Notes: generated by a model from the sequence alone, not told the origin. DNA of 64,000 nt from Octopus sinensis (GCF_006345805.1 NC_043024.1:558001-622000); one strand, 5' to 3'. Positions 1 through 10,892 are shown, counted from the stretch's first letter. Made by a program: numbers and translations.

Positions 1-51
1 TCACTACACATGCAAATCCTGTGCTGCCAGCTGTTGGTGTGCTACAGAACT

Positions 52-80
52 AGTCTGGGAACTTTTTGATACCACCTCAT
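52..80 (-). mobile_element. Probable terminal inverted repeat of a mariner-like element extending left of the window
   Basis: Minus strand TATGAGGTGGTATCAAAAAGTTCCCAGACT resembles mariner TIRs of the TACGAGGGG..AAAAGTTCC type, including those of the MITE at 6932. Confidence 0.45.
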
Positions 81-243
81 ACCTGCAATATTTGTTCTGG
101 TTCCTTATGTTAGAAGTTCTTCAAATCTCAGTGAGGCAAACTTTGCCCCTTTACTTTTACCACAACAAATGTCTCTATCATCATGTGACTTCTGTGCAGT
201 CAAACCATCCCATGACATATTCACTGGACTAACACAGTCTTAA

Positions 244-457
244 CCCTTTCATTACTGTATTTATTTTGAGACACTCTGTGTTTCATTCAATTACTTGAAA
301 TATAACAAAGAATTTAGTAAAATGACTTAGTTATCATTCAGCTAGTGTTAGGAACATAAATTGTGACTAAAGTTTGGTGGAAGATTTTAATTCAAAACTT
401 ATGAAAACAAGACATTTGTACTCAGAGACAGATTCAGCCGGGTTGGTACTGAAAGGG
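244..457. mobile_element. piggyBac-like MITE
   Basis: TTAA at 240-243 and 458-461 flanking CCCTTTCATTAC ... GTACTGAAAGGG (11/12 inverted match). Confidence 0.75.
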
Positions 458-696
458 TTAATGTTTGGTTTAGAGGTTAGGGTATTCGGATCATGATTTC
501 TGAGTTTGATTCCCGGCAGCGCATTGTGTCCCTGTGCAAGACAATTTACTTCTCATTGCTCCAGTTCACTCAGCTGGCAAAAATGAGTTGAATGTGTAAT
601 TCAAAGGGCCAACCTTTGAATTAAACTGTGGCACCTTGGGCAAGTGTCTAATATAGCTTCAGACCAACCAAGGCCTTGTGACAGAAACTGAAAGAA

Positions 697-741
<45 letters not shown>

Positions 742-1012
742 TAAATATGTGTGTGTGCCTTTGTGTCTGTGTTTGTTCCCCACCTCAACTTAACAACCAA
801 TGTTGGTGTACTGACATGCCTATAACTTAACAATTCAGCAAAAGAGACTGATAAAATAAGTACCAGGTTTTAAACAAAAATGTTCTGGAGTCGATTCATT
901 CAACTAAAGATTCTTTGAGGCAAGGCCCCAGCATGGCCACACTCTGATGACTGAAACAAGTAAAAGATAAAAGAGAGAAGATATGAATAAACAATAGCAA
1001 TCGTCTATTTAC

Positions 1013-1078
1013 CATTTTCTTCAACACCATATCCACAAGGTCCTTGATTCCTTCATCGGGATCTTCTTCTGTTGGTTG
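1013..1078 (-). CDS. EFCAB1: EFCAB1 coding exon 5 (QPTEEDPDEGIKDLVDMVLKKM)
   Basis: ctccag acceptor, 66 nt, phase 0/0, gtaaat donor. Confidence 0.95.
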
Positions 1079-1893
1079 CTGGAGAATTAGAGAAAGAAAT
1101 GTAAATATTGAACAGAAGACAAGAAACTTTCTATGGTTGAGATTCCAATAATTTGCAAAAACATTTCCAGTTTGAATATCCAGTTCTTCTTCCCATCTCT
1201 TGTCTGTATTCACATGCGAAGGTGTGTGGCCTAGTGGTTAGGAAGTTGCATTCACGATGATTAGATCGTAGGTTCAATTCTATGACTAAGTGGTGTGTTG
1301 TGTTCTTGAGCAAAACACTTTATTTCATGTTGCTCCGGTGCCCCTTTTGATCGGAAGAGGAATGTTGGCCTGCTCCCCTGGCCAGTGGGGCTGGCATCAT
1401 TTGAAGGCTAAAACAAAGCCAAAACGCATTGTGACCAACACCTGACAGCCTGGTCGGTCACCTGGTCACGTGACCAGTTTGTTTATATATGTATACGTGT
1501 CTGTGTATGTATGTATTCTAATGATGATGATGATGGTAACTATGACGATGGTAACTATGGCAGCAGTGATGGTGACACTGACAATGACAACAGTAATAAA
1601 GATGATGATGACAACAGCAACAACCAGGAATTGAAACATCATCCCTGACATATGTATGTATCTCCATTTAGTTGGGAAAAAGAATACTCAGTGACATAGT
1701 AGAGATTAATAACACACACACACACACACACAACTAAATCACCAAGACATTGTTATAGTTCACCCTCTTATACACAAGCACATACACAACCCCATATGCA
1801 TACGTAGTACATATGGATATATAACTTATTGTCCCATGCATAGAGAATCTGGCTTTCTCATCCCTGCTGCTCAAACCAAACCAAAAAACTAAC

Positions 1894-1979
1894 CTTGATT
1901 AAACAGTTCTTCAGCATTTGAAACATTTCTTCTCGGGAAATATAACCATCACCGTTGAGGTCGTACACATCGAAACAAT
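1894..1979 (-). CDS. EFCAB1: EFCAB1 coding exon 4 (EF-hand [12 protein letters not shown])
   Basis: tcag acceptor, 86 nt, phase 1/0, gttagt donor; canonical EF-hand loop. Confidence 0.95.
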
Positions 1980-2511
1980 CTGATGGAAAGCAGTAAAGAA
2001 TACAGTGTAAGGAATTAAAAATGGACCCAGTACACTCTGGCATTTGGAAGGACATCAAGCAGTTGAGACCATGCAAAAACAGCCGATTAGAGCATGGTGT
2101 AGATCTCTGGCTGGCCAGCTCCTGTCAAACCATCCAACCCATGCCAGCATGGAAAACAGACGTTAAACAACAGTGGTAATGATGACACTAACAACAAAGT
2201 CTCTCTGGTTTTAAAATATGTTCTTCACCATGTTACAAGAGGAGACTAGAAGGATTGGTGACTAAAGGGTTGGTGAAACGATGCCTTAGAAAACCAGCCC
2301 AACCCAAGCCAGTCATTAGACTGCGATCATGCTGGAGCACAGCTTGAAGTGTCCCAGCTTATTTCTAAGCCTGATACTTATTCTATCAGTATTTTTTGCT
2401 GAACTGTTAAGTTACAGGAATGTAAACACACCAACACTGGTTGTTGAGTGGTAGTAGGGGAAAAACACAGACACAAAGACACCCAGGATGAAAATTAAAA
2501 AAACCACTTAC

Positions 2512-2616
2512 AGGCCATCTTCTCTTCATTATTTCCTCTGAGAAAAACAGACAATCCACCGATCCATTCCTCAATGCTGATCCAGCTGTCATTATCTTTA
2601 TCAAATGCCCTGAAAA
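2512..2616 (-). CDS. EFCAB1: EFCAB1 coding exon 3 (EF-hand [12 protein letters not shown])
   Basis: ttag acceptor, 105 nt, phase 1/1, gtaagt donor. Confidence 0.95.
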
Positions 2617-4466
2617 CTAAGAGAGGGCCATCATATGAGTTTGGGTTAGTCACATGTGATGAATAAGACAGAGGAAATGTAATTAACATCTGATAAACAA
2701 ATTAAGGAGGCAAAGCTGGTAGAAGCATTGGCACACGGGGGGGGGGGGGGCAAATGCTCAACGGAATTTCTCCTGACTCTATATTCTGAATGTCAAATCC
2801 CACCAGGATTGAACTTGTCTTTCATCCCTTACAGGCTTGATAAAATAAGTACCAGTTGAATACTGAGGGTTGATGTAACTGACTTAACTCCTCCTCCTTA
2901 ATTGTTGGCCTTGTGCCAAAATTTGAAACCAAAACCTGAATAAACAAAGGTTTTCTTTAAATTGCTTAGTAATGGTGAAGGCGCATGGTTTAGTGACGAG
3001 GAGGGTTTCCAGCTCTTGACTTTACAGTCATGAGTTCAATACCCAGCAGTGCATTGTGTCCTTGAACAAGACATTTTATTTCATGTTGCTCCAATCCACT
3101 CAACTGGCAAAAATGAGTGGAACTGGTATTTCAAAGGCCCAGCCTTGTTACACTCTGAATCTCCTTAAGAACTATGTAAAGGGTACACATGCCTGTGGAG
3201 TACTCAGCCACTTGCACATTAATTTCACGAGCAGGCTGTTCTGTTGATTGATTCTACTGGAACACTCATCGTCATAACTGATGGAGTGTCATTTAATAAT
3301 GCTTTAAAATCTTGGCACAAGGCCAGCAATTTCAGGGGAGGATGTAAGTTGATTAGATTGACCCCACTGCGCAACTGGTACTTATTTTATCAACCCCAAT
3401 TCTCTGCCATATTAGTAATTTATTTATGGACCCTGGAAGGATGACCTCAATAAGATTTGAACTTAGGATGCATGAAGTCAGAACAAATACCATAAATACA
3501 GGGGCAAGCATGTCTGTGTGGTAAGAAGCTTGCTTCCTAACCACATGGTTCCAGGTTCAGTCCCACTGCATGGCACCTTGGATAAGTGTCTTCTACAATA
3601 GCCTCAAGCCAACCAAAGCCTCGTGAGTGGATTTGATAGACGGAAAGAAGCCTGTCATCTGTGTTTCTCTCCCCCCCTCACTGCTTGGCAACCAGTGTGT
3701 ACGCCCCATAACTTAGCAGTTCAGCAAAAGAGACTGATAGAATAAGTACCAGGTATAAAATTAAAAAGTACAAGGGTCAATTCATTCACCTAAAAATTCT
3801 CAAAGGTGGTGCCCCAGCATGGCCACAGTCTAATGACTGAAGCCAATGAAAGATAAAAGATGAGTCTGATGCTCTGATATTTTTGCCAATTTACCAGAAC
3901 TGAGATAATTCAGTGAAAGGGAATTACCTGTCTTTCTGGCAGAATCCTTGCCATGTTGGATAAAATGCTCAAGTGGCATTTCCTTTGTCTGAGATTAAAT
4001 TCCATGGAAGTCACTGACCTAAGATCCAACTCTTCTCCCCATGAAGAAGCAAACTTTGGAAACAGAACCACCACCACCTCCTTCTCCTTCCTCTACTACT
4101 ACTACTACTACTACTACTATTACTACTTCTTCTCCTTCATCATCATTAGCATCATCACCATCATCACCACCCCACCAGCTGAGCTTTCCCCCTCCCCTGA
4201 AATTGCTGGCCTTGTCCCAGAATTTGAAATTATTATTATATTTGAGTCTAAAGAAGCAGCAAGATGGCAGAATTGTTAGCTTGCTGGACAAAATGCATTT
4301 CGTCCATTTTTATGATAAGAGTTCAAATTCCTTCAAGATCAACTTTGCCTTTCATCCTTTCGGGGTCAATAAAATAAGGACTAGTTTAAGCCAAAATAGA
4401 AATGGATATTTCAGTCTAAAGACATACAGTCTGTCACAGAAGCCATAAGACTTAGATTTCACAAAC

Positions 4467-4598
4467 CTCGATCCATTAAAATGTCGTTGGTCATTCCAAA
4501 TATATACAACAGAATATCCCGGAACCTGATCCTGTCTAGTTTTTTGTCTGTGTAGTGTTGGTACATCTTAATCAGGTAATTCGTTTCATAGCGTGAAA
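4467..4598 (-). CDS. EFCAB1: EFCAB1 coding exon 2
   Basis: tttccag acceptor, 132 nt, phase 1/1, gtttgt donor; LDRIRFRDILLYIFGMTNDILMDR. Confidence 0.92.
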
Positions 4599-5602
4599 CT
4601 GGAAAAGATAAACAGACCCTCGGGCAGTTGAGGGTCAAACAGAAGAGCTTGATATAACAACAAACTAATATGAGAGCACTTATGTATTCAAACAGCCTAC
4701 TAGAAATAGCAGTCACATTTCCTCTCAAATCAAACTTTATCATATTAAAAGCAGGAAGACTATTGCATCAATTAAAAATCAGTTGTTGATCAATTCTTAT
4801 ACACTGTGGTGTACATCTAGAACCAGGTCACTAATACGTCTCTGAATCCATTATGGGTCAGCAGTTATAGACCAGTAGTTCCCCACAAAGGTCCCTATGA
4901 GATTTTGCTGTTAAAATTTATCTGCAATAAATCATTTACACTTCTACAATGCACCAAAGATTTCAACAATTTTTTTTAATACAATTCCTAATAATAACTG
5001 GCTCTGTGTTAGTCACTATGATCAGAGTTCCAGTTGATCCAATGAATGGAACAGCTTACTCATGAAATTAATGTGCAAGGGGCTGAATACTCCACAGACA
5101 CATGCTAAAGTCATAATGACTCATAAGGGTCATTTTCTCGGTTTCCATGGCATACATATCTTCTGCTCCTGGAGGGGATGCCAGTCTGTCGCAGGATGAC
5201 TCACTTTTGCCAGCTGAGTGAACTGGAGTAACATGAGATGAAATGTTTTGCTCAAGAACACAACAGATCACCCAGGAATTGAAACCACAATCTTATGATC
5301 ATGAGTCCGACACCCTAACCATTAAGCCATGCACCTCCACACAGACACCCATCCCAGTGAATATGTGGATGCCCCAGAATGGGCAAAGAATGGGATTGAT
5401 GGAGATTGAAGTGGACACAGTGAATATCAGTTTGGAAGGGAGGGTGAAGGAAATAGGGAAGTGGGGAGGTGACAAGGGACAACATTAGGGATATAATGTG
5501 AAGCACAGCGGGGGTAAATGGTACCATTTACAACACCTGAGCCTGCATGTGTGTGCATATGTGCATATATGTGTGTGTGTATGTGTGTGTGTGTGAACTT
5601 AC

Positions 5603-5639
5603 AGTGACTTATCTTAGCAAGTTCAACAATTGGTTTCAT
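5603..5639 (-). CDS. EFCAB1: EFCAB1 first coding exon (MKPIVELAKISH); probable exon 5705-5603 including 5' UTR
   Basis: ATG at 5639, in-frame TAG upstream at 5669-5667, ends CAC T|gtaagt giving the phase 1 needed for His-Phe; ctttacag acceptor at 5707-5706. Confidence 0.8.
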
Positions 5640-6206
5640 TTTGGTTCCTCTTCTCTTTCCCTCTCTCTATTTCCGTTCTTCTCCTCTTCCTCTCTTTCTC
5701 TTTATCTGTAAAGTAGAAAGAATAACTCAATTGTAGATTTGCCCTACATCATGGCCTTCTGTATACGTCACATTCTCCCTTCTTGCTACAGCTCATACGT
5801 GGGCCCGAGTGTGTTCTTCCTGAATCAGGTTTTATTAACCATATTGTCATTGATTCAAACAGATAGGCTTATACAGTACCAGATTAAGGTATCGGCTTTA
5901 AGGGTTGCAGCCGAGCTACAACACTTACAGAGATCAACCTCTTAGAACTCACTTTATTTAGTCAAATGCAAAGCTCGTTTATTGTTTTTAATTAATCCTG
6001 TCTTTTATTTTGTAGCTTTGAGATTTTGATGAGGAAACTTAATTTTGAGAAAGATGTTGTTCGATTGTTGTGAGAGGCCAGGCCTGACCAGTTTGAGCAG
6101 AAAACAAATAGAATATTTAGGCTGCATTTGACTGGTTTAAATGCTAAAGGGTTAAGCAAAAATTGATTTTACTTTTCAAAAGGCACAGGTATGGCTGTAT
6201 GGTTTT

Positions 6207-6727
6207 GGGGGCTAAAACGGTTTCGATTCTCTCCTTGAAAAATGCATTTTTTTGAAAATTTCTTTTGGATTCCTACATTTTAGATGTCGGAGATTACAAA
6301 TATTCAAAAAATGCTTTTAAAATTTCACCCACCCCTATTTTAGATTCAATAAGCATATAGATATGTGTATAAAGGGAGACAGACAGACAGACAGAGATGA
6401 ACAAACGGATAGGGACAAATAGATTGACAAATAAATGGCTGAAAAAGTTTTTCGATTATTTAAGGCAACACAAGTAAAACGCAAATTCTTTTCACTTTAA
6501 TGTCTTTGTCTATATCTAATTTCGATCTGCTGATGTTTGTGTCAATTCTCTACAATCTCTTCAAAATAAACAAGATCGAAATTTTAAGTTCGAGAGGGAA
6601 ATCTAAAAAGTTTTTTGTTTTTTTTTGCATATTCGTAATCTCCGACATCTAAAAAGTAGGAATCCGAAACAATATTTTCAAAAAAAATGCATTTTTCAAG
6701 GAAAGGTGCGAAACTACATTAGCCCCC
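6207..6727. mobile_element. Non-autonomous DNA transposon (MITE) with about 105-bp imperfect TIRs
   Basis: GGGGGCTAA...TTAGCCCCC termini; arms share CCTTGAAAAATGCATTTTTT and GGATTCCTAC-TTTTAGATGTCGGAGATTAC in inverted orientation. Confidence 0.8.
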
Positions 6728-6931
6728 TGTTTTGTCCAATTTTCTAATTTAATTTAGTGAAACGGTAAACACTGTGAGGGCAATAAAATATTTTGCCATG
6801 TAACTGTAGAAGACTGTAAGCGGTCACAAGCAGATTTCCCTCGAATCGAACGTATGGCAGACACTCTACTTCTCTGTTCTTTAAGAAGAAAACATGTTAG
6901 ATAATATATTTTGAAATAAAGTGAACCTTAC

Positions 6932-7145
6932 TACGAGGTGGGTGCGGGAAAATTCCTGGCTTTAAGGGTGTCACGAAAGACCTGACTGGAGGCCTCAAAC
7001 TTTCGAGTTCTTTTACAGGGTTCAGAAAAATTGAAGGTCCACCGCAATAAGTGTCTGAATCTGAGAGGAAGATATTTGGAATAAAATCATAATTAACTGA
7101 TCCTTCTCTGAACTGATCCTCCTAACTTTCCAGATTCCCCTCGTA
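6932..7145 (+). mobile_element. Mariner-derived MITE, copy 1
   Basis: TACGAGG...CCTCGTA termini; interior encodes a transposase C-terminus-like peptide (EKLKVHRNKCLNLRGRYLE*). Confidence 0.8.
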
Positions 7146-7381
7146 GTCATGACCCGTAGAATGTTTCTGATCATAGATCGGCTGAAAGAAGACTAACCTG
7201 GGTTTAAACAACATGAAACGATAAAGGCCTAAAGCAGTTATGTAAAAATACAATGACTAATAAATAAATAAAGACAGAGGTAGAGAAGAAAGAAAGATTT
7301 ATACCGCAAATAATGAATTTCTTTGCTTGTAATGGCCTTCACTCGCAAGTTCTGTGACACCGTAATTGTTTTAGCATTTCA

Positions 7382-7394
7382 GTTGCTAGGCAAC
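7382..7394. promoter_or_regulatory. RFX X-box motif
   Basis: GTTGCTAGGCAAC, near-palindromic X-box, upstream of a motile-cilium gene. Confidence 0.65.
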
Positions 7395-8743
7395 GACTAA
7401 ACGATCGTCAAAAACTACGTTTATGAGTTATTCATTTATATATGTTTTATTTATTGATTTTAACATAACTCTGGGTTCAGCTGTTGTGAGCGAAAGCCTG
7501 AATATATATTTTCTCCTGCAGTCTCGTCTCAAACAATAATTACCCCACGAGTAAACAGAAACAGTACAAAATCCGTCGAGGGCCTAGGGACACATGCGGA
7601 CGGGTTGGCAGAATCATTCGGGTGTCGGACGTAAAAATACCTTGTTTGTTCATCCCAAGTTATTACGTTCTGAATGTAAATGCCACCGTTGCCTGTTTTG
7701 TGAGGTAGATTTAATCCATCGTTTGATTTAATCCCGCTATGCAGTCCTCGGAGAAGATCGCCCAGTCCTCGAGGGTATAACTACAGTTTGGTACCCCACT
7801 AAATTTGTTTCCTCACAACTTTTTGGAAAAAAGTATATTTTGAATGGATTTTCAAAGATACGTGTTATCGAGTGTGCTATTATGTTAATAATATATATAA
7901 GTTATCCTTCTTTTTTCTCTCCCGGTTTTGGATTTGGATTTTTAATGTGGTTTCGTATTTTCGTATATATCGGATAAAGACCTCTTCGGACATGAATGAC
8001 CGTGGGACTGCACCTAGAAAGTTCTCTTCTGAGGCACAAGTCCGGGCAAGGTTGTTTATGGAAGACCGGCAGTCGCCCATACATACCAGCCTCCACTCTC
8101 CACGCCACCGATGTTATCCAAGGGAAAAGCAAAGGGGCCGACACAGCTTGGCACCAGTGACATTGCAACTCATTTTTACAGCTGAATGAACTGGAGCAAC
8201 ATCAAATAAAGTGTCTTGCTCAAGAACAACACCCAGACCGGTTCGGGAATCAAACTTATTACCTCATTATTGTGAGCCCGACATTTTAACCACTGAGACA
8301 TGCACTTTCAGACACACACACACACATATAAGTTATGGCCGGTCAGAAAGTTAGGATTGGTTTCACGTCTATTATTGTTCATACCAATATAGACAACTCA
8401 CCAGAGGTACCTAACCACTTTACTAATGGAGATAAGAATACAGTCTTGGTCAGCAATGGCTGTGCAAAAAATACCCCAAAACAAAATTCTTGGAACCCAA
8501 AATTCCTTCTGGCCAAGATGGAGTTATCTCCCTTCTACCAGTTTCAGTTGTGTCCGAAAAGGGTTCGGTTTATGTTTGATATCAATTCACTCATCAGCAA
8601 GGAGGGAATTCAATGTCTTCAACATGAATTTTCTCGCATGAGGGCACTTCACTTCACTTTTGGAATTTAAGAAGGACTTCGGGTCCTGCAAATTTTTAAA
8701 GTTCCTTGCCCTTTCAGATTGTATTTATGGATGACTGTCGGGT

Positions 8744-8777
<34 letters not shown>

Positions 8778-8952
8778 CACTTTCAAGTGCTGTGGTTTTA
8801 CTGAGATCTCCCTTTTAGTAGAAAGAATAGCTATAACTCTTTGACTGCTATTTCTAAATTCGGTGTGTGGTGAGGCAAATCGTTGCTAAACCCTTAATTA
8901 CTTAGTATATATATATATATAATATATATATATATATTTATTATATAGAAGG

Positions 8953-9003
8953 AGCTTCTACAGGACTAGAACTGTTTCATTCAAGAGAAATCTTCAGGAA
9001 GCT
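8953..9003 (-). ncRNA. Type I hammerhead-ribozyme-like motif (minus-strand mirror copy in palindrome)
   Basis: Exact reverse complement of the 9000-9050 motif. Confidence 0.7.
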
Positions 9004-9050
9004 TCCTGAAGATTTCTCTTGAATGAAACAGTTCTAGTCCTGTAGAAGCT
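9000..9050 (+). ncRNA. Type I hammerhead-ribozyme-like motif (PLE-type)
   Basis: Helix I AGCTTC/GAAGCT, core CTGAAGA (9006-9012), helix II TTC-tctt-GAA, GAAA (9025-9028), helix III CAG-ttCTAGtc-CTG, GTA cleavage triplet (cut after 9044). Confidence 0.7.
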
Positions 9051-9133
9051 CCTTCTATATAATAAATTAATTTTACTCTGCTATGTATTGAGTACCTTAT
9101 TTACTGTGGTTAACCCCGAATCAACCCGGGACC

Positions 9134-9174
<41 letters not shown>

Positions 9175-9710
9175 GTAATTCTGTATTGAATGGGAAAATG
9201 TGTCACTCAAGAAGCACTTCAGTTTGAACAATTTTCATGATGTTTCATATTTGGATGCTTTTATAAAATTCATTCAGTTGTTAAACATAACTAAATCTTG
9301 GAATTAAACGGTTTTGATTTACTGTCAGGTGAATTTTGGTCAAACCTGTATGTATGTGTGTATGTCTTTGTGTCTGTATTTGTTCCCATAGCTTAGCTAT
9401 GTGTATATATATATCTACCAAATCCATTGAGAAGGCTTTGGTCAGCTTTGTAGTAGAAACACTTACCCAAGGTACCACACACACACGTCTGTGCCTATAA
9501 ACATGTATACATATATGCATACTCACACATACAGTTGCTTCAGTCATTTGACTGTGGCCATGCTGGAGCACTGCCTTTAGTCGATCAAGCAAATTGATCC
9601 CAGGACTTATTCTTTGTAAGCCTAGTACTTATTCTAGCTTAGCCAAACCGCTAATTTACAGGGAGGTGAACACACCAGCATCAGTTGTCAAGCGATATTG
9701 GGGGGACAAA

Positions 9711-9737
9711 CATATATATATACATATATATACATAC

Positions 9738-9818
<81 letters not shown>
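9711..9818. repeat. (TA)n/(TACA)n microsatellite, one of many in the window
   Basis: Directly visible. Confidence 0.95.
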
Positions 9819-9823
<5 letters not shown>

Positions 9824-10372
9824 CTGCTTGCTTCAGTTATTGGAATACGGCCTAGGAGATTTTTTAGTTATGTTTTTTTTTACATCTTGTACTAATTCTA
9901 TCTGCCTCTTTTGCCGCACCGCTAAGACATTCCAGCCTTAGTCACAGTGACCCTATCATTATTTTTCTAATTCCCACATGCTGAGAATGTCGGCATAACT
10001 ACGTGAGTCAGTCCCCACCGATCTTGTTTCCTCATATCGTTCCGGAAAATGGATATTTCTTTCAGGAAATCTTCTACAAATACATTTCCGATGCCGTACA
10101 TTAACGATTATATCTGAATTTTGCTGTGTAGTTATGCCGATACATCAATGACTTGCATCATTCATTCAATGTACCTTTTCCGTTTTGTTTTTCAGAGTAA
10201 AGGATGTGTGATAAGAAAGAGACCTGGTTGCTATTTCTAGCGGATCGAGCGACGACGTAGTTGGCTGGCGGTACAGCGCGCGCCGCTGCTAGATCATTCC
10301 TCGGTAGTTCACCCCCTTTGTATCTAACCTCTTCCTGCTACTCCGACTGTCACACATGAAAGCGTTCAGGGC

Positions 10373-10408
10373 GTTGCTAGGCAATAGGTCGCATCTGCAA
10401 CCGGAAGT
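10373..10408. promoter_or_regulatory. Second X-box-like motif plus ETS site in a CpG-rich patch
   Basis: GTTGCTAGGCAAT (10373-10385) and AACCGGAAGT (10399-10408). Confidence 0.45.
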
Positions 10409-10523
10409 TAGTCATTGCTGAGGTCAGATTCTGTCCTTAGTACCTGGAGAACGTGTCAATAAACGAAAGACAACTCATCTCGCGCTTGTTATTTGGTCAG
10501 GCACACACACACACTTCTAAACA

Positions 10524-10707
10524 TGCGAGGGCAAGTTGAAAAGTCACTGGCTTTGGTTAAAAGAAAATACGGGAAGATCTGTTAATTATGATTTTATTCG
10601 ATATATTTCCCTCTCAGATTCAGTCTTTCTAAGCCCGTAAAAAAACTTGGAAGTTTGGGCCTTTCGCGACTCCCTTACAACCAGGTACTTTTCAGCACAC
10701 TCTCGTA
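10524..10707 (-). mobile_element. Mariner-derived MITE, copy 2 (same family as 6932-7145)
   Basis: Minus strand TACGAGAGTGTGCTGAAAAGT...GAATCTGAGAG..AATAAAATCATAATTAAC...CCCTCGCA aligns by eye to copy 1. Confidence 0.75.
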
Positions 10708-10892
10708 TATCTGTCAAATATATCTTCACAAGGGCCCATGTAGTCACGAGCATATAAACACACCCTCTTGGCCATCCCATCTTTGACCCAAGCGGATCAC
10801 CGACGACCTGACCATTTAGAAAGAGAACTGTAACCAACATGTTTGGGACTCATTGTAACATACCTACGCAAGTGTGTCTCTCGCCCGACTTA

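Larger units (their letters stand above)
1013..5639 (-). other. EFCAB1: EF-hand calcium-binding domain protein 1 (calaxin) gene, partial; coding exons 5639-5603, 4598-4467, 2616-2512, 1979-1894, 1078-1013; remaining exon(s) lie left of the window
   Basis: Five GT-AG exons join in frame (37+132+105+86+66=426 nt) to [142 protein letters not shown], which matches the recalled EFCAB1 motifs (MDRVFRxFDKDND, FDLNGDGxISxEEMF, QPxEEDPDEGIKDLV). Confidence 0.95.

Noticed and set aside
940-970. CTGATGA..GAAAC resembling a hammerhead core
   Set aside because: Only 2 nt between the boxes, no helices; it is a variant of the common SINE tail AATGACTGAAACAAGTAAAAG.
2737-2750. Poly-G runs (also about 21568, 33730, 62075) as G-quadruplex signals
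   Set aside because: Single homopolymers inside repeats whose length may be assembly noise; no multi-tract G4 pattern.
4041-4448. 135-aa Pro/Thr/Ser-rich ORF and overlapping ORFs
   Set aside because: Produced by (CTA)n/(CAT)n microsatellites plus a SINE inside an EFCAB1 intron.
10215-10305. Minus-strand CCGAGGA...GAAA and nearby plus-strand CCGACGA...GAAA (about 10800)
   Set aside because: Helix I and helix III do not pair around the putative cleavage triplets.
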